A stretch of DNA of 61,045 nt, filler included, from 4 parts of 4 records of this genome joined end to end with filler, not necessarily neighbours in it, one strand, 5' to 3'; shown: positions 1-8,804, counted from the first letter of the whole stretch. The notes: a model not told the origin generated them from the sequence alone. Numbers and translations are program-made.

Positions 1-62
1 CTAAACTCGTAACTCTAAACTCGTAACTCTAAAATCGTAATTCTTAACTCTAAACTCACAAC
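1..62. repeat. Degenerate heptamer tandem repeat (TCTAAAC/TCGTAAC type), about 9 units, truncated by window start
   Basis: Units read directly: ctaaac tcgtaac tctaaac tcgtaac tctaaaa tcgtaat tcttaac tctaaac tcacaac. Confidence 0.9.
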
Positions 63-90
63 TTTCACTGCTCAACCCTCACAACTCCTC

Positions 91-768
91 CTAAAGCTCT
101 TCATCTTCAAAGAACAAATGCGCGTGGGTAACACCGCCCTCTTTTTTCAAATCCGAAAGCATCTTGTTGCTGTCTTTGGCGTTTTTCATCTCCACATAAA
201 ACGAAAGTTCCATCATATCAGTTTCACCCAGTGTTTTGGAATTGATGAGCCTGTTTTTCCGGGTGTACTTTTTCAGTACATCAATGTAGGGTGGTTTGTG
301 GCCGTTATCCTCGAAAATAAAATGAAATTGCAACAGGTATTTTGTTTTGCGATGAAAAATCAGGTTGGTTTTTGAAAGCACGACCAGGATCGTTCCGATA
401 AGAATGGTAGAAGCTATAGCTACATCAAAAAGCCTTACGCCGCATGTCATCCCGATGGCAAGCGCAAAGAAAATGTACATGATGTCCTGGGTTTCCTTAA
501 CGGCAGTTCTGAACCGGATGATGGACATAGCGCCAACAAGCCCAAAAGCGCGGGCGAGGTTGTTGCCTATTACCAGAATCACGATGGTAGTAACCATTGC
601 CAGGGTAACCAACGAAAAAAGAAATGTTTGGGGGTAACCTGCTCCACGGTAAGAAACCTTGTAAAAAAAAGCAATTAATAAACCACAAACAAATGCCACA
701 AGGATTGATGAAATCACCTCTTCGACACTGGTGGGAAACTGAAAAATATTTTGTAAATCCTGCTCCAT
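91..768 (-). CDS. DUF4956-family membrane protein (MgtC-like TM region plus C-terminal ACT-like domain)
   Basis: Several TM helices; signature IGNNLARAFGLVGAMSIIRFRTAVKETQDI..IF..LAIGM..G; lies next to a VTC-domain gene, as is typical for this family. Confidence 0.85.
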   Translation of the reverse strand: MEQDLQNIFQFPTSVEEVISSILVAFVCGLLIAFFYKVSYRGAGYPQTFLFSLVTLAMVTTIVILVIGNNLARAFGLVGAMSIIRFRTAVKETQDIMYIFFALAIGMTCGVRLFDVAIASTILIGTILVVLSKTNLIFHRKTKYLLQFHFIFEDNGHKPPYIDVLKKYTRKNRLINSKTLGETDMMELSFYVEMKNAKDSNKMLSDLKKEGGVTHAHLFFEDEEL

Positions 769-780
769 GCAGATGGCGTT

Positions 781-908
781 ATTTGTTATTCGTTAATTGT
801 TATTGAGTTAAATGTAGTAATACGTGATCATTTATTGCCATTCATAGTCATTTGTGATCATTTTTGTAACTCAAAAAAATTCTAAACTCGTAATTCTAAA
901 TTCTAAAC
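781..908. repeat. Intergenic composite of short-period repeats: 7-mers (781-801), 10-mers (821-860) and TCTAAAC-type 7-mers (881-908)
   Basis: atttgtt attcgtt aattgtt; tacgtgatca tttattgcca ttcatagtca tttgtgatca; tctaaac tcgtaat tctaaat tctaaac. Confidence 0.8.
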
Positions 909-912
909 TCCC

Positions 913-1683
913 CTAAACACTCATCCCAAAAATCTTAATTCTTTCCTGTGGCCTGAAAATCTTATGGTGATCCAGCGAAAACTTATATTTCGATACCGAC
1001 TGCCGCGTTAGTTTGAACCGGAATAATATGTCGGACATCCAGGCAGGAAATGCTCCTGAAAACTTTAATTCAAGCACAAAATCCTTATAAAAGCAGGCTT
1101 CCAGCCCATCATTTCGAAACAACTCTCTAACCTTGGGAAAAGCAATCGAACGAATGTGTTTATCGAGGCTAACCCTGAACGACGGGTCAAATTTCGAAAA
1201 AAATGCTTCACGCTCATAAACCACCAAAACTACCGGCCTCAGCCCTTTCCCCTTTACATGAAAAAAAAACCGGCTTGCTTCATCATGTATTTCCGGGATA
1301 TGGCTGTCGATCACATATTTTTCGATATCACCTGTTTTAAAAAGATGCTGTATATCGTTCCAATACACCTTGCATCTGTTTTTGTCGATAAAATCGAGCT
1401 CCTTTCTTTTTATTTCAAGAAATACTTTGGGGTTACGGTCGGCATGATCATCCAGTGTGTTATAACTTCTTATCCTGATTTTTTTCCTTGATTTTATACC
1501 GTGTCGTTTATCCCAGTAGTAATCAAATTTAGTGGAGTCGAAATAAATGCTGCGCACGATATACTCATGGTGAAGCGTTTCAAGCGGTGCATTTGGATCC
1601 TCATCAACAAAACTCAAAATCGCCTTGCGCAAATGTTGAAGATGCTCATTGGGAACCAAATATTTAAATTCGTTACGCATCAT
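913..1683 (-). CDS. VTC / polyphosphate polymerase domain protein (CYTH/TTM superfamily)
   Basis: Motifs RNEFKYLV, Y.VRSIYFDS, RKKIRIRSY, FLEIKRK, YEREAF, RVSLD..IR, VLELKF, SVSKY. Confidence 0.88.
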   Translation of the reverse strand: MMRNEFKYLVPNEHLQHLRKAILSFVDEDPNAPLETLHHEYIVRSIYFDSTKFDYYWDKRHGIKSRKKIRIRSYNTLDDHADRNPKVFLEIKRKELDFIDKNRCKVYWNDIQHLFKTGDIEKYVIDSHIPEIHDEASRFFFHVKGKGLRPVVLVVYEREAFFSKFDPSFRVSLDKHIRSIAFPKVRELFRNDGLEACFYKDFVLELKFSGAFPAWMSDILFRFKLTRQSVSKYKFSLDHHKIFRPQERIKIFGMSV

Positions 1684-2772
1684 TTACATCCACTTATTAA
1701 AAAAACCAAACCAACTCATAATATAATCACGCAACAAAATCTTCCCGGCGTCCAATTCACCTTTAAACACAACACCTGGTAGCAATTCAGCTTCATGATC
1801 GCGTATTGCTGCAGTTACGATAAAAGTTTGCTTACCTCCGGCTACACTGATGTGGTTGCTGATCTGGATCACCTCCGATTTAAAAGGTTTTTTTTGCCCC
1901 AGCACAGTGCTGTGCACTTGCTGTCCGACATATACCCTGTCTCGGTCATTCAACCCTACCGGCATTTTTATGATAAGTTCATCCATCGATTCGATGATCA
2001 TTAGCGTATCGGCAGCATATGAGTTTTGGAAAATCCCGGTTATCGGGGATATGATGGTTTGCAATTCCAGTTTCTCTTCAAGGTCACTGATCTGTGTTTG
2101 AATCTTTTCGATTTCCGCTTCAACCATATTGATGGTTTCCGGCTTCTCGCCTGACATGGCAGATTCCAGTTCAGCTTTTTTGATTTCCACCTCTGCTTCC
2201 GAAAGCCTGAGTACACGTTCCTGGTCTTCAAAATCCTGCTCAGGAATCACCTCCTGCTTATAAAGTTCCTGCTGCCTTGCAAATTCTCTGTTTTGTTTCC
2301 TGGCATCTATCTCTGCATACGATAATCGTCGCCTGGCTAATTCGACAAACTCAGCCTTCTCTCCGGATTGATAACTGGCCAGTAATGCCTTTTTTACATC
2401 TAGCTCACGCCTCATTTCGTTAAGAAGCATGTGGGTTTCGTTGGAAAATATTTTCCCTATCGTATCGCCTTTTTGGATTATGGATTTTGTAAGGATTTCC
2501 GGGTTTATTTCAAAAAGAACATCATCACCTCTTGAAAATTCGCGGGTTTGATACACATGGCTTACACCTGCAACCAGATCGATCTGTGTGTTCATGATCT
2601 GTCCATTGGACCCGGCAAAAAGCACCCACTGCTTTGCCGGATAGATTTTACCCGCAATAGAGATGTTTGAAGTAATATGAATTGGGATAAAGTAAATAAC
2701 AGCGACTGCCGCCAGTAGTAAAACCCAGAGTATGTTTTTATAAAATAAGTCTGAAATTCGAGATGGGCTCAT
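1684..2772 (-). CDS. HlyD-like membrane-fusion / periplasmic adaptor protein
   Basis: N-terminal TM anchor, lipoyl-like KGDTIG half-motif, long coiled-coil hairpin, TIISPITG, V.VGQ.V beta-barrel; stop codon directly abuts the VTC gene ATG. Confidence 0.75.
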   Translation of the reverse strand: MSPSRISDLFYKNILWVLLLAAVAVIYFIPIHITSNISIAGKIYPAKQWVLFAGSNGQIMNTQIDLVAGVSHVYQTREFSRGDDVLFEINPEILTKSIIQKGDTIGKIFSNETHMLLNEMRRELDVKKALLASYQSGEKAEFVELARRRLSYAEIDARKQNREFARQQELYKQEVIPEQDFEDQERVLRLSEAEVEIKKAELESAMSGEKPETINMVEAEIEKIQTQISDLEEKLELQTIISPITGIFQNSYAADTLMIIESMDELIIKMPVGLNDRDRVYVGQQVHSTVLGQKKPFKSEVIQISNHISVAGGKQTFIVTAAIRDHEAELLPGVVFKGELDAGKILLRDYIMSWFGFFNKWM

Positions 2773-2813
2773 TAAATATCCTAGTTCCTTGAGTAAAATC
2801 AGCTAAAAAAAAA

Positions 2814-2833
2814 CAAATGTAATCATTACATTT
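2814..2833 (-). promoter_or_regulatory. Bacteroidota -7 promoter element (TACATTTG on minus strand, 2814-2821) overlapped by a perfect 9-1-9 palindrome AAATGTAAT-C-ATTACATTT (2815-2833)
   Basis: Palindrome read directly; TAnnTTTG match about 40 nt upstream of the HlyD-like start. Confidence 0.65.
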
Positions 2834-2969
2834 TCAACAGGTGGATAAAAAAGCGCCAGACAAGGGGGTAATCAAACCCTTCAAACCAATTTTTAAAAAT
2901 TCTAAATAGAGAACCCCTGATCTGGCTAAATTAGAATAGACACTCAAAATCAGAATTTATTCCGAAACA

Positions 2970-3890
2970 TCAGCCCTTATTGATGAGGCCGTTTGATTCT
3001 GCACATTCCATGTATTCAACCTGCAAGGTTACATGATAGATATTGAATTCCTGATGTAAAATTGCAGCAATTTGATTTCTGATTATTTCTGTCTCACTAA
3101 TTCGAATGTCCTGGCCGGTATTTACGTGTGCTTCAAAAAAGAGCGATTTGTCGTCGAGCCGCCAAACATGCATATGATGCACATCGTCAACACCATCAAT
3201 TTTTTGCAGGCGGTTTTGTATTTCAATCAAATCCAGATCCGGTGGAGTTGCCTGCATCAGAATGCCATAGGTTTCTTTTAGCACATGCCAGGTATGCATA
3301 AAGATGTAGATGCCGACACCCATTGTGATAACCGGATCGATCCAGTAAATTTCATACACCCACATGAAAACTCCACCGATAATTACAGCAACGGAAGAGA
3401 GTGTATCGCCAAGCAGATGCAGATAAGCGGCTTTTACATTCAGGTTTTCCCGGCGGTTGTTTTTAAGTATAAGCACCGACGCCAGATTACCAAGCAGCCC
3501 AACGGTTGCAACAATCAGCATGATCAGACTCTTCACCGGGGCCGGTTCCATCAACCGATGATACGCCTCGTAAAAAAGAAATATACAAATCGAGATCAGA
3601 ACCAGTGCATTAAAAAACGCTGCTAGTATCTGGAATCGTTTGTATCCGAAAGTATTCCGCTCATTAGCCTTTTGCTTACTAACCCGGTTTGCAATCCAGG
3701 CTATAGCAATGGCTGTGGTGTCGCCTAAATTGTGTAACGCATCGGAAAGCAAGGCCAGGCTGTTGGAAATAAATCCCCCGATCACCTGTGCAATGGTGAT
3801 AGACAGGTTCAATAAGATTACCCAGAAAAGTTTTTTGCCCTGGATATCTTTGGGGGCATGGGTGTGATTATGGTGGTGATGGTGTGTCAC
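2970..3890 (-). CDS. czcD: Cation diffusion facilitator (CzcD/ZitB-like Zn/Co/Cd exporter)
   Basis: His-rich N-terminus, SLALLSDALHNLGD, TFGYKR, AYLHLLGD, HHMHVW; probable GTG start at 3890 because the ORF-track TTG at 3899 falls inside the promoter element. Confidence 0.92.
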   Translation of the reverse strand: MTHHHHHNHTHAPKDIQGKKLFWVILLNLSITIAQVIGGFISNSLALLSDALHNLGDTTAIAIAWIANRVSKQKANERNTFGYKRFQILAAFFNALVLISICIFLFYEAYHRLMEPAPVKSLIMLIVATVGLLGNLASVLILKNNRRENLNVKAAYLHLLGDTLSSVAVIIGGVFMWVYEIYWIDPVITMGVGIYIFMHTWHVLKETYGILMQATPPDLDLIEIQNRLQKIDGVDDVHHMHVWRLDDKSLFFEAHVNTGQDIRISETEIIRNQIAAILHQEFNIYHVTLQVEYMECAESNGLINKG

Positions 3891-3896
3891 AATTTG

Positions 3897-3904
3897 CAAA
3901 GCTA
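3897..3904 (-). promoter_or_regulatory. Bacteroidota -7 element (TAGCTTTG) for the CDF gene
   Basis: TAnnTTTG match ending 7 nt before the GTG. Confidence 0.55.
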
Positions 3905-3972
3905 AGGGAAATTTGATTTTACGGAATCCTGAAAACCATCCAATTTAGAAAACCTTCTATCGTTCACTTTGT

Positions 3973-3980
3973 TAATTTTG
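3973..3980 (+). promoter_or_regulatory. Bacteroidota -7 element (TAATTTTG) for the peptidase gene
   Basis: TAnnTTTG match 17 nt upstream of ATG 3998. Confidence 0.6.
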
Positions 3981-3997
3981 CAGCAAATTTTAAAAAC

Positions 3998-6900
3998 ATG
4001 AAAAATACTTTCTTCACTTTGATATTTCTGGCTTATGCCACGCTAATTTTTGGACAAACCAACACCGTTGTTCATCATAAAATACAGGCTGAGGTAAATC
4101 CCTCAACATCAGAAATCACGGTAATAGATACCATATTTCCAGAGGTTGAGACCCCTTCAACATTTAAGTTAAATGCTGTATTCACACCCAAAAGCCTCAC
4201 CAAAGGCGTGAAAATCAAAATGGTGAAAAACAATGCAGAAGCCAAAGATATTGGTATGGACCGTGATGATACAGACGGAAGCACCGGCCTGAAAATCAAT
4301 GAATGGGAAATAAATGGCAAAGTAACTCCGATCGTGCTGAGGTATAGCGGAACCATCACATCTGCCATCAAACAAAGCGAAGAAAATTACCAGCGTGGTT
4401 TTGCCGAATCACCGGGAATAATCAGCGATATTGGCGTGTATCTGGCCGGCTCAACCTGGTGGGTACCTGTTTTCGAAAACAGCACAATGACCTTTTCGCT
4501 CACAACCATTCTTCCGGAAGGTTGGAAAAATGTAACCCAGGGGAAACGCACTTTCGAGGAGATAAAAAATGAAAAACATACAGATATATGGGTTTGCAAT
4601 CACGCACAGGAGGAGATATTTCTAATTGCTGCCGAATTTAACGAATACAGCCATAAAATGAACAGCGGTGTGGATGCCATGGCATTTTTGCGCACCCCGG
4701 ACGAAGGCCTTGCCAATAAATACCTGGAAGTAACCGAGCAATACATGGAAATGTATGTGGAAATGCTGGGTGATTACCCCTACTCCAAATTTGCGCTTGT
4801 AGAGAATTTCTGGGAAACCGGTTACGGAATGCCATCCTTCACCCTGCTTGGCGAGAAGATCATCAGGTTTCCGTTCATCCTCCATTCCTCCTATCCGCAC
4901 GAATTGCTGCACAACTGGTGGGGCAACAGCGTATATATTGATTTTAAATCGGGCAACTGGTGCGAAGGTATTACGGCATATCAGGCCGACCACCTTATCA
5001 AAGAGGGCCGTGGTGCCGGCGAAGAATACCGCCGCGAAACGCTGCAAAAATTCAGCAATTTTGTCAACACTGAAAATGATTTCCCCCTTGTGGAATTCCG
5101 CTCCCGATATGATGGTGCAAGCGAATCAATCGGGTATGGAAAGTCCCTGATGATGTGGCATATGCTGAGGCGGAAAATGGGTGATGAAAATTTTATGGAA
5201 GGATGGCGCCATTTTTACCAAAATAATAAGTTTGAGGTGGCATCGTACAATGATATCAAGGCATCGATGGAAGCGGTAACCGGGATTAGCCTTAAGCCGT
5301 TTTTCCAGCAATGGACCACCCGGAAAGGTGCTCCTGAACTCGCCATACAAAACATAGGAACCGATATGTCGGGCGGCATGCATCGCATTTTGCTCTTTTT
5401 GGAACAAACACAGGAGGGCGAGCCTTTCAACATCGACGTACCTATACATGTGGCCACCGAAAACGGGGTAGGTACCTTTATTTTCAATATGAACCTGAAA
5501 ACGCAGGGATTTCAGATTTCGGTGGATGGCAAACCCCTGCAACTGAGTGTTGACCCACAATACGATGTTTTCAGAATTCTGGATCCCGCCGAGGTGCCGC
5601 CTACCCTTTCCAAAATCTGGGCCAGCGAAAAGAACCTCATGATCATCCCGTCGAAAGCCAACAAAACACAACAGCGTATTTACCAGGATTTTGCCGAAAA
5701 ATGGCAACAGGCGGATGGTGATGAATTTAAAGTTGTACTGGATTCTGATATCGATCAGCTACCCAAAAATCAAACTGCCTGGATACTTGGATACGAAAAT
5801 AAATTTGCCAATAATGTCCAAAAGCAGCTTCTGGAATACAATGCAGGAATTACCGGTGATTCGGTTACGTTGGGGAAAAACAGCCATCTTAAATCCGGGA
5901 AAAGCGTAGTGCTGACTTTAGCCAAACCCGGCGATCTCACCCAACAGGACATTTTTATTGCTTTCGATAATGAGGCTGCCATCGGAGGTTTAACCCGAAA
6001 ACTGCCTCACTACGGAAAATACAGCTACCTTGCATTTAATGGCGATGAACCCACAAACATCGATAAAGGACAGTGGCCCATCACCCAATCACCACTGGTT
6101 AAAACTTTTGATCAAAAAGCCGAAATTCCATCACTGACTCTCGAACGAGAACCTTTGGGGAAAATCAAGGCGCTCTTTTCGGAAAGCAGAATGAAAGATG
6201 TGGTGAAACACCTGGCGTCAGGAGATATGAAAGGCCGTGGCATTGGAACGCCTGAACTGGATGAAGCGGCTGCATACATTGCTGACCATTTCGAAAAAGC
6301 AGGACTTAAACCCATCGATAAGGATTATTTCCAGGAATTTGAGCAGGGATTTCACGGCAAAGGACATTTTAATCTCAAAAATGTAATCGGAGTTATCCCG
6401 GGAACTGATCCAAAACTGGCTGATGAGCCTGTAGTGATAGCCGCCCATTACGATCACCTGGGAACCGGTTGGCCGGATGTGCATAAGGGTGATGAAGGAA
6501 AAATCCATTTTGGTGCCGACGACAATGCCAGCGGCGTTGCCACACTCATCGAACTGGCCTATTCCATGGGGAACACCACCAAACCCAAACGTACCATTGT
6601 TTTCCTGGCCACCACCGCCGAGGAAGCAGGGCTGATCGGGGCAAAGTATTTTGTGGATCACAGCAAGGATTATTTTGACGGCGATATTTTTGCCGCCGTA
6701 AACATGGACACCAACGGAAGTTTGTTCGATAAAAAACTAATGGTTTTGAATGGCAATTCAGCCCGCGAATGGAAATTCATTTTCATGGGTACCGATTATA
6801 CCACGGGCGTTTTATCTGAAGTGATCACCCAGCCGCTGGATGCCAGCGATCAGGTGGCCTTTATCGAAAAGGGGATTCCGGCGGTGCAGTTGTTTACAGG

Positions 6901-7345
6901 CCCCACCGAAAACTACCATCGACCCACCGACACCTGGGAAAAGCTGGATTACAAAGGCATGGTGAAAGTAGCAACCGTGGCAAAAGAGGTCATGGTTTAC
7001 CTTGCCGGGCGCACCGACCCCATGAACTTCCAGGGTGAAGAGAAAACCGGTGAAGAAAAGCCTGAAGCCACCCAGAGAACCCGGAAAGCCAGCACAGGAT
7101 CAGTTCCTGATTTTGCCCACCAGGGCGACGGCGTGAAAATTGGCAGCGTTATGCCCGGATCTGCCGGTGAAAAAGCAGGCCTGCTGGCTGGTGATATCAT
7201 CATGGAAATGGACGGCACAAAGCTTACAGGCCTCCGCCAATACTCCGACCTCCTCAAAAAATACCAGCCCGGTGATGTGGTGAAACTTGTTGTGGATCGT
7301 AACGGCGAAATGAAAGAAATAGAGCTGGAACTTGGAGAACGATAG
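3998..7345 (+). CDS. Secreted multidomain peptidase: M1 aminopeptidase + M28 peptidase + C-terminal PDZ
   Basis: Signal peptide; GYGMP and HELLH..NWCEG (M1 zinc motif); AHYDHLG, GADDNASG, AEEAGL, YH (M28); GSAGEKAGLLAGDII (PDZ). Confidence 0.88.
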   Translation: MKNTFFTLIFLAYATLIFGQTNTVVHHKIQAEVNPSTSEITVIDTIFPEVETPSTFKLNAVFTPKSLTKGVKIKMVKNNAEAKDIGMDRDDTDGSTGLKINEWEINGKVTPIVLRYSGTITSAIKQSEENYQRGFAESPGIISDIGVYLAGSTWWVPVFENSTMTFSLTTILPEGWKNVTQGKRTFEEIKNEKHTDIWVCNHAQEEIFLIAAEFNEYSHKMNSGVDAMAFLRTPDEGLANKYLEVTEQYMEMYVEMLGDYPYSKFALVENFWETGYGMPSFTLLGEKIIRFPFILHSSYPHELLHNWWGNSVYIDFKSGNWCEGITAYQADHLIKEGRGAGEEYRRETLQKFSNFVNTENDFPLVEFRSRYDGASESIGYGKSLMMWHMLRRKMGDENFMEGWRHFYQNNKFEVASYNDIKASMEAVTGISLKPFFQQWTTRKGAPELAIQNIGTDMSGGMHRILLFLEQTQEGEPFNIDVPIHVATENGVGTFIFNMNLKTQGFQISVDGKPLQLSVDPQYDVFRILDPAEVPPTLSKIWASEKNLMIIPSKANKTQQRIYQDFAEKWQQADGDEFKVVLDSDIDQLPKNQTAWILGYENKFANNVQKQLLEYNAGITGDSVTLGKNSHLKSGKSVVLTLAKPGDLTQQDIFIAFDNEAAIGGLTRKLPHYGKYSYLAFNGDEPTNIDKGQWPITQSPLVKTFDQKAEIPSLTLEREPLGKIKALFSESRMKDVVKHLASGDMKGRGIGTPELDEAAAYIADHFEKAGLKPIDKDYFQEFEQGFHGKGHFNLKNVIGVIPGTDPKLADEPVVIAAHYDHLGTGWPDVHKGDEGKIHFGADDNASGVATLIELAYSMGNTTKPKRTIVFLATTAEEAGLIGAKYFVDHSKDYFDGDIFAAVNMDTNGSLFDKKLMVLNGNSAREWKFIFMGTDYTTGVLSEVITQPLDASDQVAFIEKGIPAVQLFTGPTENYHRPTDTWEKLDYKGMVKVATVAKEVMVYLAGRTDPMNFQGEEKTGEEKPEATQRTRKASTGSVPDFAHQGDGVKIGSVMPGSAGEKAGLLAGDIIMEMDGTKLTGLRQYSDLLKKYQPGDVVKLVVDRNGEMKEIELELGER

Positions 7346-7443
7346 GTTATTTCTTTGATATCCATCGTTTAATCTAATAATGTGATCTTTGCTTTTCTAT
7401 ATTTAAAAATTTTAATTCACACCATCTTTAACGCTATTCGTAC

Positions 7444-8079
7444 ATGAAAAAATCATTATTCTATTTGTTTATGATTGCAATTATGATGCAGGCTTGCAGT
7501 CCCTCACAACAAATTACCAGTTATTGGGCCAATAAAGAAGCCATACCTGATAAACCCTATGAAACCATCTACATCATGGCAATCACCCAAAATGAGAATA
7601 TGAAACCTGTTGTCGAAAACAGATTGGCGGATATACTGATTTCGAGGGGGCGCAAGGTAAGGCTGAACAGCGAAATTTACCCACCTTCATTTTCAGCAGT
7701 CAAACAGCTATCAAAAGAGCAGCTTATCGAAACCATTGCAAACTCCGAAAGTGAAGCGGTTATGACCTTGGCAGTGCTGGACACCAAAACTGAAACCACC
7801 TATAACCAGGGTTCATACTATGCCCCAATGAACTATGGATATTATGGAAGTTACTACGGATATTATAACCATTATTATCCGGTGGTATATTCGCCGGGAT
7901 ATTATTCAGAGAACAAAACCTACTATATCGAAACCAACTTTTTCGATGTTGAAACAGACCAGCTTTTGTGGTCGATTCAATCATCGGCCCATAACCCTTC
8001 AGACCTTGACAGTTTTTTTAAAGAATATGCCACAACGATTATAAATAAACTCCGTGATGAGGGACTGATAGAAAAGTAG
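7444..8079 (+). CDS. Lipoprotein, DUF4136-like, with Tyr/Gly-rich segment
   Basis: Lipobox MQAC; YGYYGSYYGYY segment; C-terminal IETNFFDV..DQLLWS. Confidence 0.65.
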   Translation: MKKSLFYLFMIAIMMQACSPSQQITSYWANKEAIPDKPYETIYIMAITQNENMKPVVENRLADILISRGRKVRLNSEIYPPSFSAVKQLSKEQLIETIANSESEAVMTLAVLDTKTETTYNQGSYYAPMNYGYYGSYYGYYNHYYPVVYSPGYYSENKTYYIETNFFDVETDQLLWSIQSSAHNPSDLDSFFKEYATTIINKLRDEGLIEK

Positions 8080-8136
8080 TTTCAGGCTAGGGGGTATGGG
8101 ATTTCATTTTATGGATTTCCGGGTTAACCCTGTCAT

Positions 8137-8200
8137 AACTAACTGAACAATGGTTGTTGTTCTGTTAGTTTTCGTCAAATTCATCATTTCTTGATGAATT
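8137..8200. other. Two adjacent stem-loops downstream of the lipoprotein gene
   Basis: aactaactgaacaa / ttgttctgttagtt (14 bp, 1 mismatch) and aattcatca / tgatgaatt (9 bp). Confidence 0.5.
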
Positions 8201-8273
8201 ATTCAGTCATTCAAAGAGGGGCTTTTTCATAATGATAAAATACACCAGATTATTTTTAACGCTTGAAGTTCCT

Positions 8274-8373
8274 NNNNNNNNNNNNNNNNNNNNNNNNNNN
8301 NNNNNNNNNNNNNNNNNTTAATTAATTAANNNNNNNNNNNNNNNNNNNNNNNNNNNNNNNNNNNNNNNNNNNN
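8274..8373. other. Artificial contig-joining linker
   Basis: 44 N + TTAATTAATTAA (stops in all frames) + 44 N. Confidence 0.98.
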
Positions 8374-8374
8374 T

Positions 8375-8671
8375 ACCGTGGTTGTATTTGACCGTATTCG
8401 TGAGTACTTGGGATTATATCCTAAGCGCGATCGTGAAGAGGTTGTAAACAAAGCCTTGAACAGTACAATGCGTCGTACATTTAGTACATCGCTTTCTACA
8501 ATGGTTGTATTATTAGCGATCTTCTTGTTCGGTGGTACTTCAATCCAAGGATTTACATTTGCATTATTAGTGGGGGTTATCGTTGGTACGTACTCTTCTC
8601 TATTTATTGCATCTCCTATTGCTTATGACACAAGCTTACGTGTTCAGAAAGCAGCTGCTAAAAAGAAATAA
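8375..8671 (+). CDS. secDF: Protein translocase SecDF, C-terminal fragment (5' truncated by contig start)
   Basis: TVVVFDRIRE, RTFSTSLST, GTYSSLFIASP. Confidence 0.93.
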   Translation, partial: TVVVFDRIREYLGLYPKRDREEVVNKALNSTMRRTFSTSLSTMVVLLAIFLFGGTSIQGFTFALLVGVIVGTYSSLFIASPIAYDTSLRVQKAAAKKK

Positions 8672-8691
8672 TATTTAGAATATTATATTTC

Positions 8692-8726
8692 AATCCCCCG
8701 AATCTTTTGATTCGGGGGATTTTTTT
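8692..8726 (+). terminator. Rho-independent terminator after secDF
   Basis: aatcccccgaatc-tttt-gattcgggggatt followed by a T-run. Confidence 0.9.
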
Positions 8727-8779
8727 ATGCCATATTATCAGCTTAATCCGCTTTATTCTCTAAATTGAAAATTCTTAGG

Positions 8780-8787
8780 TATATTTG
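8780..8787 (+). promoter_or_regulatory. Bacteroidota -7 element (TATATTTG) for tatA
   Basis: TAnnTTTG match 17 nt upstream of ATG 8805. Confidence 0.65.
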
Positions 8788-8804
8788 TGAAAAATAGATT
8801 TCAA

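Noticed and set aside
1-62. Tandem repeats as a CRISPR array or telomere-like sequence
   Set aside because: Contiguous 7-nt units with no spacers and no cas genes; the same units recur internally at 881-908
8318-8329. TTAATTAATTAA palindrome occurring three times (also 17499-17510 and 30465-30476)
   Set aside because: Always centred in 44+44 N; it is a synthetic all-frame-stop linker
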